Positions 36,221 to 45,500 of a stretch of DNA of 64,000 nucleotides are shown in pieces. A program made the translations under genes and the position numbers. Each line of letters opens with the position of its first letter. Within the stretch, counting starts at the first letter, position 1. Source of the DNA: Candidatus Aminicenantes bacterium. GTDB lineage: Bacteria; Acidobacteriota; Aminicenantia; Aminicenantales; JAFGBC01. Location: assembly GCA_963702005.1 (NCBI GenBank), contig OY969696.1, forward strand, positions 2,048,001 to 2,112,000. Reading direction: 5' to 3'. The notes under the pieces were generated by a model. That model was given only the letters and a program-made list of their open reading frames with translations, searched no databases and had not been told where the DNA came from.

Positions 36221-38680
36221 ATGAAGAACCGGCTTGAGGAATTGATCCCTTGTTTCGATTTCGCCGGCGCCCGCGAAATCAGGGCCCTGGGCATCGACCT
36301 GGGCACGACGAATTCCACGGCCGCCGAGGTCGTCCTCAAGCCCGGCGCGGCGCCCGTCTGCCGCACGCTCGATATAGACCAGACGACCCGAGAGGGCGTC
36401 TACACCAGCCCTCTCGTTCCCTCGGTCGTCGCCATTCTCCCTGACGGGGCCGTCTGGGTAGGGGAGGGGGCCAAGCGCCTCCGGGCCTTTCCGCAGGAAT
36501 ACGACCTGTCGTTCGAGAAGAACCTTTTCTACGACACGAAAAACGAGATGGGCCTGCGCAAGACCTACCACCGCGCCCCGGCCGACTTCAACCACGCCTC
36601 CAAAATCGGAGGTCACGTCCTCCGCTTCCTGGCTGCCTCGTCCGAAAAGCTAATCGGCGCCGCCCCCGATATCGTCTCGGTCACGGTCCCGGCCTCGTTC
36701 CAGCTCAACCAGCGCCGCGACACGCTCCTGGCCGCCCAGTCCGCCGGCCTTTCGACCGCGGACGACGATCTCCTCGACGAGCCGACGGCCGCCCTGACGG
36801 ATTACATCCTGACCAACGGGGCCGATGCCGTCATCGCGCCCGCCCGACGCCGCCCCTCCCTCTGCGTCGTCTTCGACTTCGGCGGCGGCACCTGCGACGT
36901 CTCGGTCATCGAGATCTCGCGCAACCCCGACCCCTCGTCCACCGTCCCCGCCGACTCCGGCGGCCTCGGCCTGAGCCAGCTCTCGATCTCCCGCTACCAC
37001 CGCCTGGGCGGCGGCGACATCGACGCGGCGATCGTCCACGAGGTCCTCATCCCAGGCCTCCTGGCCGAGAACGGCCTTTCGCCCCTCGACTTGACCTGGG
37101 CCCAGAAGAAAAAAGGCCTTGAACCTCAGCTCCTGGGCAAGGCCGAAGCGCTCAAGATCGCTCTCTGCCGCGAAGTCGAACGCCTCCTCAAGTTCGACAA
37201 ATATACCGATGCGGATAAACCCAACATCGCCGCCCGCCAGCCCTCGATCGCCTGCGTCCTGGGCGACAGGACCCTGCGCCTGTCCCAGCCCTCGCTCTCA
37301 GCGCTCGATTTCGAGAAGCTCTTAACGCCCTTCCTCGACTCCGATTTCCTCTACGCCCGCGAGACCGAATTCCGGCTGACCCAGTCCATCTTCGCCCCGA
37401 TCGAGGATGCCCTGAGCCGTGCCCGTAAAGACCGGGAAGATATCGACTTCTGCCTTCTAGTCGGCGGGAGCACGCTCATCCCCCAGGTCCGGGAAGCCCT
37501 CCACAGTTTCTTTCCCAGCAGCCGCCTGGGGCTTTTCGAATCCCACCTCGACGCCCAACTCTCCGTCGCGCGCGGCGCCGCCTGGAACGCCGCGATCAAG
37601 GCCGCGACCGGCCGGCCGCTCATCCAGCCCGTCCTCCACGACGGAATCGCGCTCGTCACCTCCGAGGGAAAGCTCGACGTCCTCATCCCCTCGGGAACGC
37701 CGCTTCCCTTCCCCCCGGACGGCTCTTACCTTTCCGAGAAACTTATGGTTCCGTGCCCCTCCGTGCCCCAATCAGCCGACTACCCGCGCGAGCTCCGCTT
37801 CGAGGTCGTCGGCCAGGAGGACCGCCAGCACATTTTCGATGCGATCTGGACGCTCCCTACGGAAATCTCCCCCGGCGACGAGATCGTCATGGAATACCGG
37901 TTCACGGCCGGCAAACAATTCGAATGCCGCGCCTCCTTCCCCAAACGTCCCTCCCGGCCACTCGAGCAAACCGTCGAGAATCCGCTCGTCAACGTCGCCA
38001 ATCCCAACGCCGTCCAGGTCCGGATCGAGGAGGCCGAGGAAAAGCTCCGCCGCCGCGAGATCGAAGGCGCCCCTGCAGAGCGGGACGCCTATTTCCAGCT
38101 GGCCCAATGGTACTCCGAGCTCAACCAGCGCGAGAAGGCGCTCGATTACCTGCGCACGGCTCAGACCAGGGTCCGGGTGCCCGATCCCAAGATCCTCAAC
38201 CTCCAGGGTATTTACCTGATGGAACTCGGCGACCTCGAGCGAGGCAAGAAAGCGTTCCTCGACGCGGACCAAGCCGCTCCGAACTGGGGAGGACCCTTGT
38301 TCAACCTTGCCCTCAATTTCAGGCGAAGGGGGTTCCATGAGGAAGCCCTGAAAACCATAGATTGGGCGATCCAAAAAGTCGGTATTCAGGGTTCGCTGGC
38401 GGGTCTCAAATCCCTCTGTCTCGAATCCCTCGGCCGCGGCGATGAAGCCAGGACGGCGGCCGGCGTCGCCCTGAAATCGTTCCCTCCGCCGCGTGCCCTC
38501 GAGGATTGGGATCTGGGTTGGTATCGAACGATCGCCCGTCTGTTGGGGGACGAGCGGGCCGAAAAGGCCGCCGCTCAGGAGTTCGCCAATCGGAAGAAAA
38601 AGCCCGACGACATGGACATGCGCGAGGGCATTCCGCGCCCCGCCCTCTGGGGCGATAAAGAGACGCGCAAACCCTCATGA
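36221..38680 (+). CDS. Atypical Hsp70-family protein with C-terminal TPRs
   Basis: GIDLGTTNS, VTVPASF, EPTAA, FDFGGGTCDVS, LGGGDID, LVGGST; TPR-like C-terminus instead of a DnaK lid. Confidence 0.85.
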   Translation: MKNRLEELIPCFDFAGAREIRALGIDLGTTNSTAAEVVLKPGAAPVCRTLDIDQTTREGVYTSPLVPSVVAILPDGAVWVGEGAKRLRAFPQEYDLSFEKNLFYDTKNEMGLRKTYHRAPADFNHASKIGGHVLRFLAASSEKLIGAAPDIVSVTVPASFQLNQRRDTLLAAQSAGLSTADDDLLDEPTAALTDYILTNGADAVIAPARRRPSLCVVFDFGGGTCDVSVIEISRNPDPSSTVPADSGGLGLSQLSISRYHRLGGGDIDAAIVHEVLIPGLLAENGLSPLDLTWAQKKKGLEPQLLGKAEALKIALCREVERLLKFDKYTDADKPNIAARQPSIACVLGDRTLRLSQPSLSALDFEKLLTPFLDSDFLYARETEFRLTQSIFAPIEDALSRARKDREDIDFCLLVGGSTLIPQVREALHSFFPSSRLGLFESHLDAQLSVARGAAWNAAIKAATGRPLIQPVLHDGIALVTSEGKLDVLIPSGTPLPFPPDGSYLSEKLMVPCPSVPQSADYPRELRFEVVGQEDRQHIFDAIWTLPTEISPGDEIVMEYRFTAGKQFECRASFPKRPSRPLEQTVENPLVNVANPNAVQVRIEEAEEKLRRREIEGAPAERDAYFQLAQWYSELNQREKALDYLRTAQTRVRVPDPKILNLQGIYLMELGDLERGKKAFLDADQAAPNWGGPLFNLALNFRRRGFHEEALKTIDWAIQKVGIQGSLAGLKSLCLESLGRGDEARTAAGVALKSFPPPRALEDWDLGWYRTIARLLGDERAEKAAAQEFANRKKKPDDMDMREGIPRPALWGDKETRKPS

Positions 38681-39957
38681 CGACTTGGCTCCTTCACCAT
38701 ACCGAGTTAACCCCGGACCAGCTCCGCGTCGTGGAGATGCCGCCCGACGAGAACCGGCTCGTCCTCGGCCCTCCCGGGTCGGGGAAGACGCAAATCCTCG
38801 TCCACCGCGCCGCGCACCTGGCCGCGACCTATAATGTGAAGCCCGCCCGCTACCGCGCCTTCGTTTTCACCAACGTCATCCGGGAATACATCCGCTCCGG
38901 CTTCGAGTTCCTGGGCCTTCCCGACGAGACGGTCTCGACGCTCGACTTCTGGACGACGGCGATCTACGAAAAGTATTTCAGCCGGAGGCTGCCCCGCACG
39001 GAGCGCGGCAAATCCATCGATTTCCCGCGGATCCGGCGTGAGGTTCTGAACGTCATCCGGACGCGGAAGGAGCAGCGGAACACGCTCGACTTCGTGCTCG
39101 TGGACGAGGGCCAGGACCTCGGACCCGAAACCTACGAGATCCTGAGCCTGGCCGCACGCCACGTCACGGTCTTCGTCGATCCCCACCAGAAGATCTTCGA
39201 GGAGGGCGCCGACGAGTCCTTCATCAGGGAGAAGCTGGGCATGGCCGCCCGCCAGGTCAGCCTGCTGGCCGCCTATCGGAACGCTCCCTACGTCGCCCAT
39301 CTCGCCTCCCATTTCATCGCCGACGACGCGAAGCGGGCCCAGTACCTGGCCCAGGTCCAGGTCGAGCAGAAGGTCCGGGAGCGGCCGCTTCTTTTTGTCG
39401 CGTCAACTTATGAGCGGGAGCTCGACCGGCTGGCTGAAATCGTCCGCCAGCGCCAGGTCCTCAACGAGCGGATCGGGATCATCGTGCCCACGAACCGCCT
39501 CCTCCACGGGATCGCGAGCGGCCTCGAGGAGCGCGGCGTCCTGGTCGAGAAGGCCATCAAGAAGGAGGAGGGCGGGAAGGTCCAGGTCGTCTGCGATTTC
39601 GGGAACCTCGTCCCCAAGATCGCGACTTTCTTCATGGCCAAGGGCCTGACCTTCGACAGCGTGCTCCTGCCCCGGCTCACCGAGAAGGCTTATCAATGGA
39701 CAAAACGGCAGCAGCGGGGGAGGATGCTGTTCGTGGGGATCGCCCGCGCCACCCAGTGGGTGTACTTGAGTACGGTTGGGGGATTGGGGTTCGAGGAGAT
39801 TGCGGTCCTGCGCGATGCCGCTGCCCAGGGCCACCTGACGATCCAGGAGGAGGCTGGGACAGGGGATACCTGGCGTGCCCGCGATGATGAACGGCCTGGC
39901 CGAAAGGACGGCCGAACCCCTGCCGATAGTGACGATGACGAATTTTCGGTACTTTAA
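38677..39957 (+). CDS. Compact superfamily I (UvrD-like) helicase
   Basis: GPPGSGKT, DEGQD, KGLTFDSV, FVGIARA; ATGA-coupled to the Hsp70 gene. Confidence 0.82.
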   Translation: MTTWLLHHTELTPDQLRVVEMPPDENRLVLGPPGSGKTQILVHRAAHLAATYNVKPARYRAFVFTNVIREYIRSGFEFLGLPDETVSTLDFWTTAIYEKYFSRRLPRTERGKSIDFPRIRREVLNVIRTRKEQRNTLDFVLVDEGQDLGPETYEILSLAARHVTVFVDPHQKIFEEGADESFIREKLGMAARQVSLLAAYRNAPYVAHLASHFIADDAKRAQYLAQVQVEQKVRERPLLFVASTYERELDRLAEIVRQRQVLNERIGIIVPTNRLLHGIASGLEERGVLVEKAIKKEEGGKVQVVCDFGNLVPKIATFFMAKGLTFDSVLLPRLTEKAYQWTKRQQRGRMLFVGIARATQWVYLSTVGGLGFEEIAVLRDAAAQGHLTIQEEAGTGDTWRARDDERPGRKDGRTPADSDDDEFSVL

Positions 39958-40100
39958 AATGGGGACATGTACTAGAATTCTGGGGACATGCTCTAGAATT
40001 CTCTTGAATTCTGGTGCGTGTCCCCAGAATTCACATAAATCGGTTACGTGTCCCCAGAATTCGCTCCACTCTGAATTCTGGTGCGTGTCCCCAGAATTCA
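39958..40100. repeat. Family A half-site array
   Basis: Two GGGGACATG units followed by three CGTGTCCCCAGAATTC units. Confidence 0.8.
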
Positions 40101-40112
40101 TACCTTAATGAG

Positions 40113-40174
40113 GTGTTTACTTCTACTTGACAAAGTAAACAATTTAAGCGTAATTTGTTTACTAAGGTAAACAA
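40113..40174 (+). promoter_or_regulatory. Promoter with paired TGTTTAC/GTAAACA inverted repeats
   Basis: TGTTTAC...TTGACA.AGTAAACA and TGTTTACTAAGGTAAACA directly before ATG 40177. Confidence 0.55.
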
Positions 40175-40176
40175 TC

Positions 40177-41487
40177 ATGGAGAGCGACTCCCTACAGAAG
40201 GTCATCAGCGAATGGCTCTGCGGCGCCGACCTCCCCGCCCTGACGCCCCGTGAGAACCCCATCCCGGCGCTCAAACCGCCTCGGCCGATCCTCGCGGTTG
40301 TCGGTCCCCGCCGCGCCGGGAAAACATTTTTCCTCTACCAGATGATCGCCGACCTCCTCCGCGCCGGAAAAGCCGGCCGCGAAGATATCCTCTTCGTTGA
40401 TTTCGAGGATTACCGCCTCCGGGATTTTCGCCCCGACGACATGGATAGGCTGCTGGCGGCTCACTTCCAATTGGCGGGCCGTCCGCCCCGATTTCTTTTC
40501 TTTGACGAGGTCCAGCGGCTTCCGTCCTGGAGCCGTATTCTTCGCACCCTCCACAATTCCAACAAATACGCAATCGTGGCCACGGGCAGCAGCTCGGCGC
40601 TCCTAAGCTCGGAGATCGCCACGGAACTCAGGGGGCGCTGCGAAGACGTCCTGATCCTTCCTTTTTCTTTCCGCGAGTATCTCAATCATCGAAATATCGC
40701 CTGGAATCCCGCGCTCCTCGCCTCTCCCGAAAGCGGGCTCATTCTGAGAGCTTTCGACGAGTATCTCCGGTTCGGGGGATTCCCCGAGGCGGCCGGCGTC
40801 GCCGACGAATCGGCCAAGAGGCGCATTCTACAAGCGTATTTCGACACGACATTCTACAAGGATGTCCTGGAGCGCCACCGTATCCGGGCCCGGAATCTCC
40901 TCGACCTGTTGATGAGGAATCTGTTGGAAGGCTATGCCGCCTCTTTTTCCATCTCCGCCTTCGAAAAACAGCTCAAGGCGCACAAGCTCGCCGGCAGCAA
41001 GAGGAGCATCGCGAACTACCTGAGGCACCTCGAGGAAGCTTTTTTCCTGACCGCCTGCGAAAAATTCGACTATTCGCCGCGGAAGCGGACAATGAACCCC
41101 AAAAAAATCTATCTCATGGACACCGGATTTTCGCTCCTGGGCGGCGCCTTCACGGAGAATCGCGGCCGCTTGCTGGAAAACGCGGTCGCCGTGGAATTTC
41201 TCCGCCGCAGGCTGAAGCCTCTGTATTTCAAGAATAAAAGCGAATGCGATTTCATTATCCAAACGGGCGCCCGGCCCGATGAGGCTTGGCAGGTCTGCTG
41301 GGAACTTAACTATTCCAACGAAAAACGTGAACTTAAAGGCCTGACCGATGCCCGCCGTGACCTGAAAATCAACAAGGGAGGAATCCTGACCTACAACCAC
41401 GCGGGAACGCGAACCGTGAACGGCGATACAATAAGCTTGATTCCTGTCTGGAAGTGGCTATTAGGCGAGGATATAGAAAAAGCATGA
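40177..41487 (+). CDS. AAA_14 / DUF4143 ATP-binding protein
   Basis: GPRRAGKT, FDEVQ, GGFPE, KIYLMDTG, ECDFI, QVC. Confidence 0.88.
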   Translation: MESDSLQKVISEWLCGADLPALTPRENPIPALKPPRPILAVVGPRRAGKTFFLYQMIADLLRAGKAGREDILFVDFEDYRLRDFRPDDMDRLLAAHFQLAGRPPRFLFFDEVQRLPSWSRILRTLHNSNKYAIVATGSSSALLSSEIATELRGRCEDVLILPFSFREYLNHRNIAWNPALLASPESGLILRAFDEYLRFGGFPEAAGVADESAKRRILQAYFDTTFYKDVLERHRIRARNLLDLLMRNLLEGYAASFSISAFEKQLKAHKLAGSKRSIANYLRHLEEAFFLTACEKFDYSPRKRTMNPKKIYLMDTGFSLLGGAFTENRGRLLENAVAVEFLRRRLKPLYFKNKSECDFIIQTGARPDEAWQVCWELNYSNEKRELKGLTDARRDLKINKGGILTYNHAGTRTVNGDTISLIPVWKWLLGEDIEKA

Positions 41488-42416
41488 AACTCTGGGTTGG
41501 CGTTACGGACAACGACTGGTTTGACGTCGTTTCACATGCCCAGGGAATCGATGAGGTCAATTTCTGGCAGCCCGGCGGGGGAATCTCGTTTCGAGTCCTT
41601 CAGCCGGGGGAGCCATTTCTTTTCAAACTCCACAGCCCGTTGAACTTTATCGTGGGCGGCAGATTTTTCGCCCACTGGACGCGGCTTCCGATAAGCCTCG
41701 CCTGGGAAGCTTTTGAGATCAAGAACGGCGCCCGTTCGTTCGATGAAATGCGGAAGCTCATTGTCAAGAGGCGAGGAGGCGCAACCGGCCGATACGAGGA
41801 CTTCCAGATCGGCTGTATTCTTCTGACCCAGCCGTTTTTCTTTAATCGAGAGGACTGGATTCGAGTTCCGACAGATTGGCATCCCTCCATCCAACAAGGC
41901 AAACAGTACCAATCTTTCGAAGAACCGGGAAAATCCTTATGGGAGAAAGTCCATATTTTAATTACTGGATTGCCACGTTACTCAAAGCCGGAGCAGCAAA
42001 TCGGGGATCATCCCCGCTACGGAAAAGAAATCTATTTCCGCCCCCGTTTGGGTCAAGGGGCTTTCCGAGTTCTGGTCACGGACGCTTATAAGCGGGCTTG
42101 CGCCATCACCGAAGAACATTCGCTCCCAGCTCTCGAAGCCGCTCACATCAAGCCGTTCAACGAAAGCGGCCCGCACACTGTGAATAATGGCTTGCTTCTA
42201 CGGAGCGACTTCCATCGCCTCTTCGACCGCGGCTACATCACCGTTACACCAGAATACAAAATCGAGATAAGCCGCCGCCTCAAAGAGGAATTCGAAAATG
42301 GCCACTCATATTATCCATTCGACGGGAATCCGTTACATCACTTTCCGCCGAATCCGCAAGATTGGCCCTCAAAAGAGCTCTTAATCTGGCATAATGACAC
42401 TAAGTTTAGGAGCTAG
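41484..42416 (+). CDS. HNH endonuclease (putative restriction nuclease)
   Basis: RLGQGAFR...CAIT, LEAAHI, NGLLLRSDFHRLFD; N-terminal VNFWQP domain. Confidence 0.87.
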   Translation: MKLWVGVTDNDWFDVVSHAQGIDEVNFWQPGGGISFRVLQPGEPFLFKLHSPLNFIVGGRFFAHWTRLPISLAWEAFEIKNGARSFDEMRKLIVKRRGGATGRYEDFQIGCILLTQPFFFNREDWIRVPTDWHPSIQQGKQYQSFEEPGKSLWEKVHILITGLPRYSKPEQQIGDHPRYGKEIYFRPRLGQGAFRVLVTDAYKRACAITEEHSLPALEAAHIKPFNESGPHTVNNGLLLRSDFHRLFDRGYITVTPEYKIEISRRLKEEFENGHSYYPFDGNPLHHFPPNPQDWPSKELLIWHNDTKFRS

Positions 42417-42573
42417 TATTTGGATAAAATCCAGGTGCTTCTAACTTCAATATGGTCAAATCAAAAAAACTGGCACGAATATCAATTTAAAAAGGCATCT
42501 CCATTTAAAGATAGATTTTACCAGATAATGCTGACAAGTGAGGGGACTTTGTTTCAGGGGAGAAATAATCACA

Positions 42574-45500
42574 ATGGACGTTTTTGATTTTCGTAACCGT
42601 CTAGTCGCTGATTATGCGCGTTATACTCATAGCTTCATCAAAATCGCAGATCAGCGTATACGCGAATTTGTGGATAAGGCTCTTGAGGATGGTACCCTGT
42701 GGCCAGAGCCGCTCCTTCAATTGAACCCAACCTTTCTATCCGGCGGGACCATCGATGAGCTCGTCGCCGAAGGTACTCTTCACCCTGAGTGTGCGAAAAT
42801 CTTCCGTATAGATAAGACCGAAACTGACCATTCAGGCAAACAGTTGTTCCTTCACATGCACCAGACGGAGGCGATCCGGAAGGCAATAGAGGGCAAGTCC
42901 TACGTTCTAACCAGCGGCACCGGATCGGGAAAAAGCCTCGCCTATATTGTCCCAATCGTGGATCACGTTCTACGCCGAAGCTCGGGCAATGGAATTCAGG
43001 CCATCGTTGTTTATCCAATGAATGCTCTGGCAAATAGCCAAGCTGAAGAATTAGGTAAGTTCTTATATAAAGGCTATGGGGAAGGAAAATCGCCCGTACG
43101 ATTCGCGCGTTTTACGGGACAGGAGAAGGGTGATGAGCGCGAGTTCATTCGCAATAACCCGCCCGATATACTGCTCACTAACTACATGATGCTGGAGTTG
43201 CTCCTTACACGCAGCGAAGACCGAGCATTAGTCAAAGCCGCGAATGGGCTCCGTTATCTCGTCTTTGATGAATTGCACACTTATCGGGGTCGCCAAGGCG
43301 CTGACGTTGCCCTCCTGATCCGCCGCTGCCGCCTCGCCTTTGACAACCATGACATAATCTGCGTCGGAACTTCGGCAACTATGTCGAGCAGCGGCACATC
43401 GTTAGATCAGAAGCGCGAAGTCGCAGAAGTAGCTCAAACGCTGTTTGGCACAGCCTTTGATTCAGCTCAAGTTATTGGAGAAACTCTTGAACGAGCAACA
43501 CCAGAACTCAATTTTTCCGATCCTAAAATCCTGAGATTGCTTTCAGATGTAATAGTGGCTGATGAGACCGCCCCCACGGAATATGATGCTTTTCGTCTTC
43601 ACCCCCTATCCTCTTGGATCGAGTCCGCCTTTGGAGTTCAGGCCGAACTCGAAACGAACCAACTCATACGCCAAGCACCTCGGAAAATTCGCGGGGAGGA
43701 TAGCGCCGTATCAGATCTCGCCGCGCTGACCTCGACCGATCTCGAACGCTGCTTTCGCGTACTTCGTAGGTTTCTATTGCGCGGGGCCGAGCTTCGTCGG
43801 AGTACCTCAAGCCGCTTCCCAATATTTGCATTCCGCCTGCACCAATTCTTTACCCGGGGCGACACGGTTTGGTCCACGATTGAACCGGAAACTATGCGAC
43901 ACCTGGAGATGGCAAAGCTCGGATCCAAACCCGGCGATCCGAGTAAGCCGCTTTTTCCGCTTGTATTTTGCCGGCAATGTGGGACAGCCTATTATCGTGT
44001 TTCTGTTTGCAACGACGAGCGCGGATCAATTCTTTCGCCCCGGGAAGACCGGCGTGAGGAAGGGGAAGATCGGCATACTGATGCCTATCTATATATCTCC
44101 GAATCATCTCCATGGCCGAGAAGCGAGGGAGAAGAGCTGTTGCATCGGCTGCCCAGCTTCATGAAGGAAGTAGCGCCAGAGGGCATCGAAAGGGTTCGTC
44201 CAGATGCCCGTAAAGATCTTCCTGAACCGGTATTTGTCAATGCTGCGGGAAAAATCGTTTCAGAGGGAGAAGGAATACCCGCCGTACTAATCCACCGGAA
44301 TTTCTTATTCTGCTTGGAGCCCTCCTGCGGAGTCGCCTTCATAAAAAGACAACGATCCGAGCGCGGCAAGCTAAACACCCTAGGCGTCGATAACCGAAGC
44401 ACGGCCACTACGGTGCTTGCGGTAAGGTCACTGATCGAGCTACAAAGCGATACCACCTTACAACCAGAGGCGCGCAAGCTACTCAGTTTCACCGACAACC
44501 GCCAGGATGCATCGCTGCAAGCGGGACATTTCAATGACTTTGCCCAGGTTGCCCTTCTTCGTTCTGCCCTGTATAAAGCTACACAGTCTAAGGGACAGGA
44601 AGGTCTCTCTCACAGCGAACTATCGCGTAGCGTCTTTGGCGCGCTCTCTTTGAAATTCGAAGACTATGCCGCCGACCCTGAGGTACGCGGCCCTGCAAGA
44701 AATGCAACCGACGATGCACTTCGTCGGGCTATTGACTACTACCTGTATCGCGACTTGCAGCGCGGCTGGCGGGTAACAGCGCCAAATCTCGAAGACTGTG
44801 GATTACTCCAGTTTGATTATATTGGCCTCTCGGGGAAGGATAGCCTCCTGGGTGAATCAGAAGCATGGGAGAAAGGCTTTAATATCCGAGTTGACCGGGC
44901 GACTGATGAGTTCATGGAATCGCCGTCTGTATTACGCTTATGTCCGCCGAATCTACGCGAAGAGATTCTTCGGACGCTATTGGATGTGCTTCGTAGATCG
45001 TTGGCAGTTAAAGTAGATGTATTGGATCCCCAGAAGCAACGTGATCTTGTTGAGCAAACGAATCCACGAATACTCGAAGGGACCATGTGGTATTTGGAGG
45101 ATCCTCGCGAACTCGTGAAATCAGAGGTTGTTTATCCGCGTTCACGCCGACAAAGAGATACGTCTGGATTGTTCATGTCTTCATACGGGATCTTTGGCGG
45201 CTATCTGCGTCGTGTTTTACTCCCTTATCTACCTAAAGGCGTCGCTTTTGGGCGGGATGAGGTGGATGGTGTTATTCGGTTTCTTCTACTGGCTCTTAAA
45301 CGCTATGGAATCGTGGAGCAAGTTCGGAGTGGAGACATTCCGGGTTATCAGATAAACCATGATTCCTTACGCTGGATAGCAGGCGCTGGCGAGATTAGAC
45401 CTTTTGACCGGACGCGTTTGCTCGATGCGGGCGAAATCCCACCCGAGGTGAATGCTTATTTCGTCGAGTGCTATCGCCGCTTCATTGACTTAAAATGCGT

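Noticed and set aside
14615-40100. Repeat clusters as CRISPR arrays
   Set aside because: They are inverted, dispersed and irregularly spaced, with no unique constant-length spacers and no cas genes in the window.
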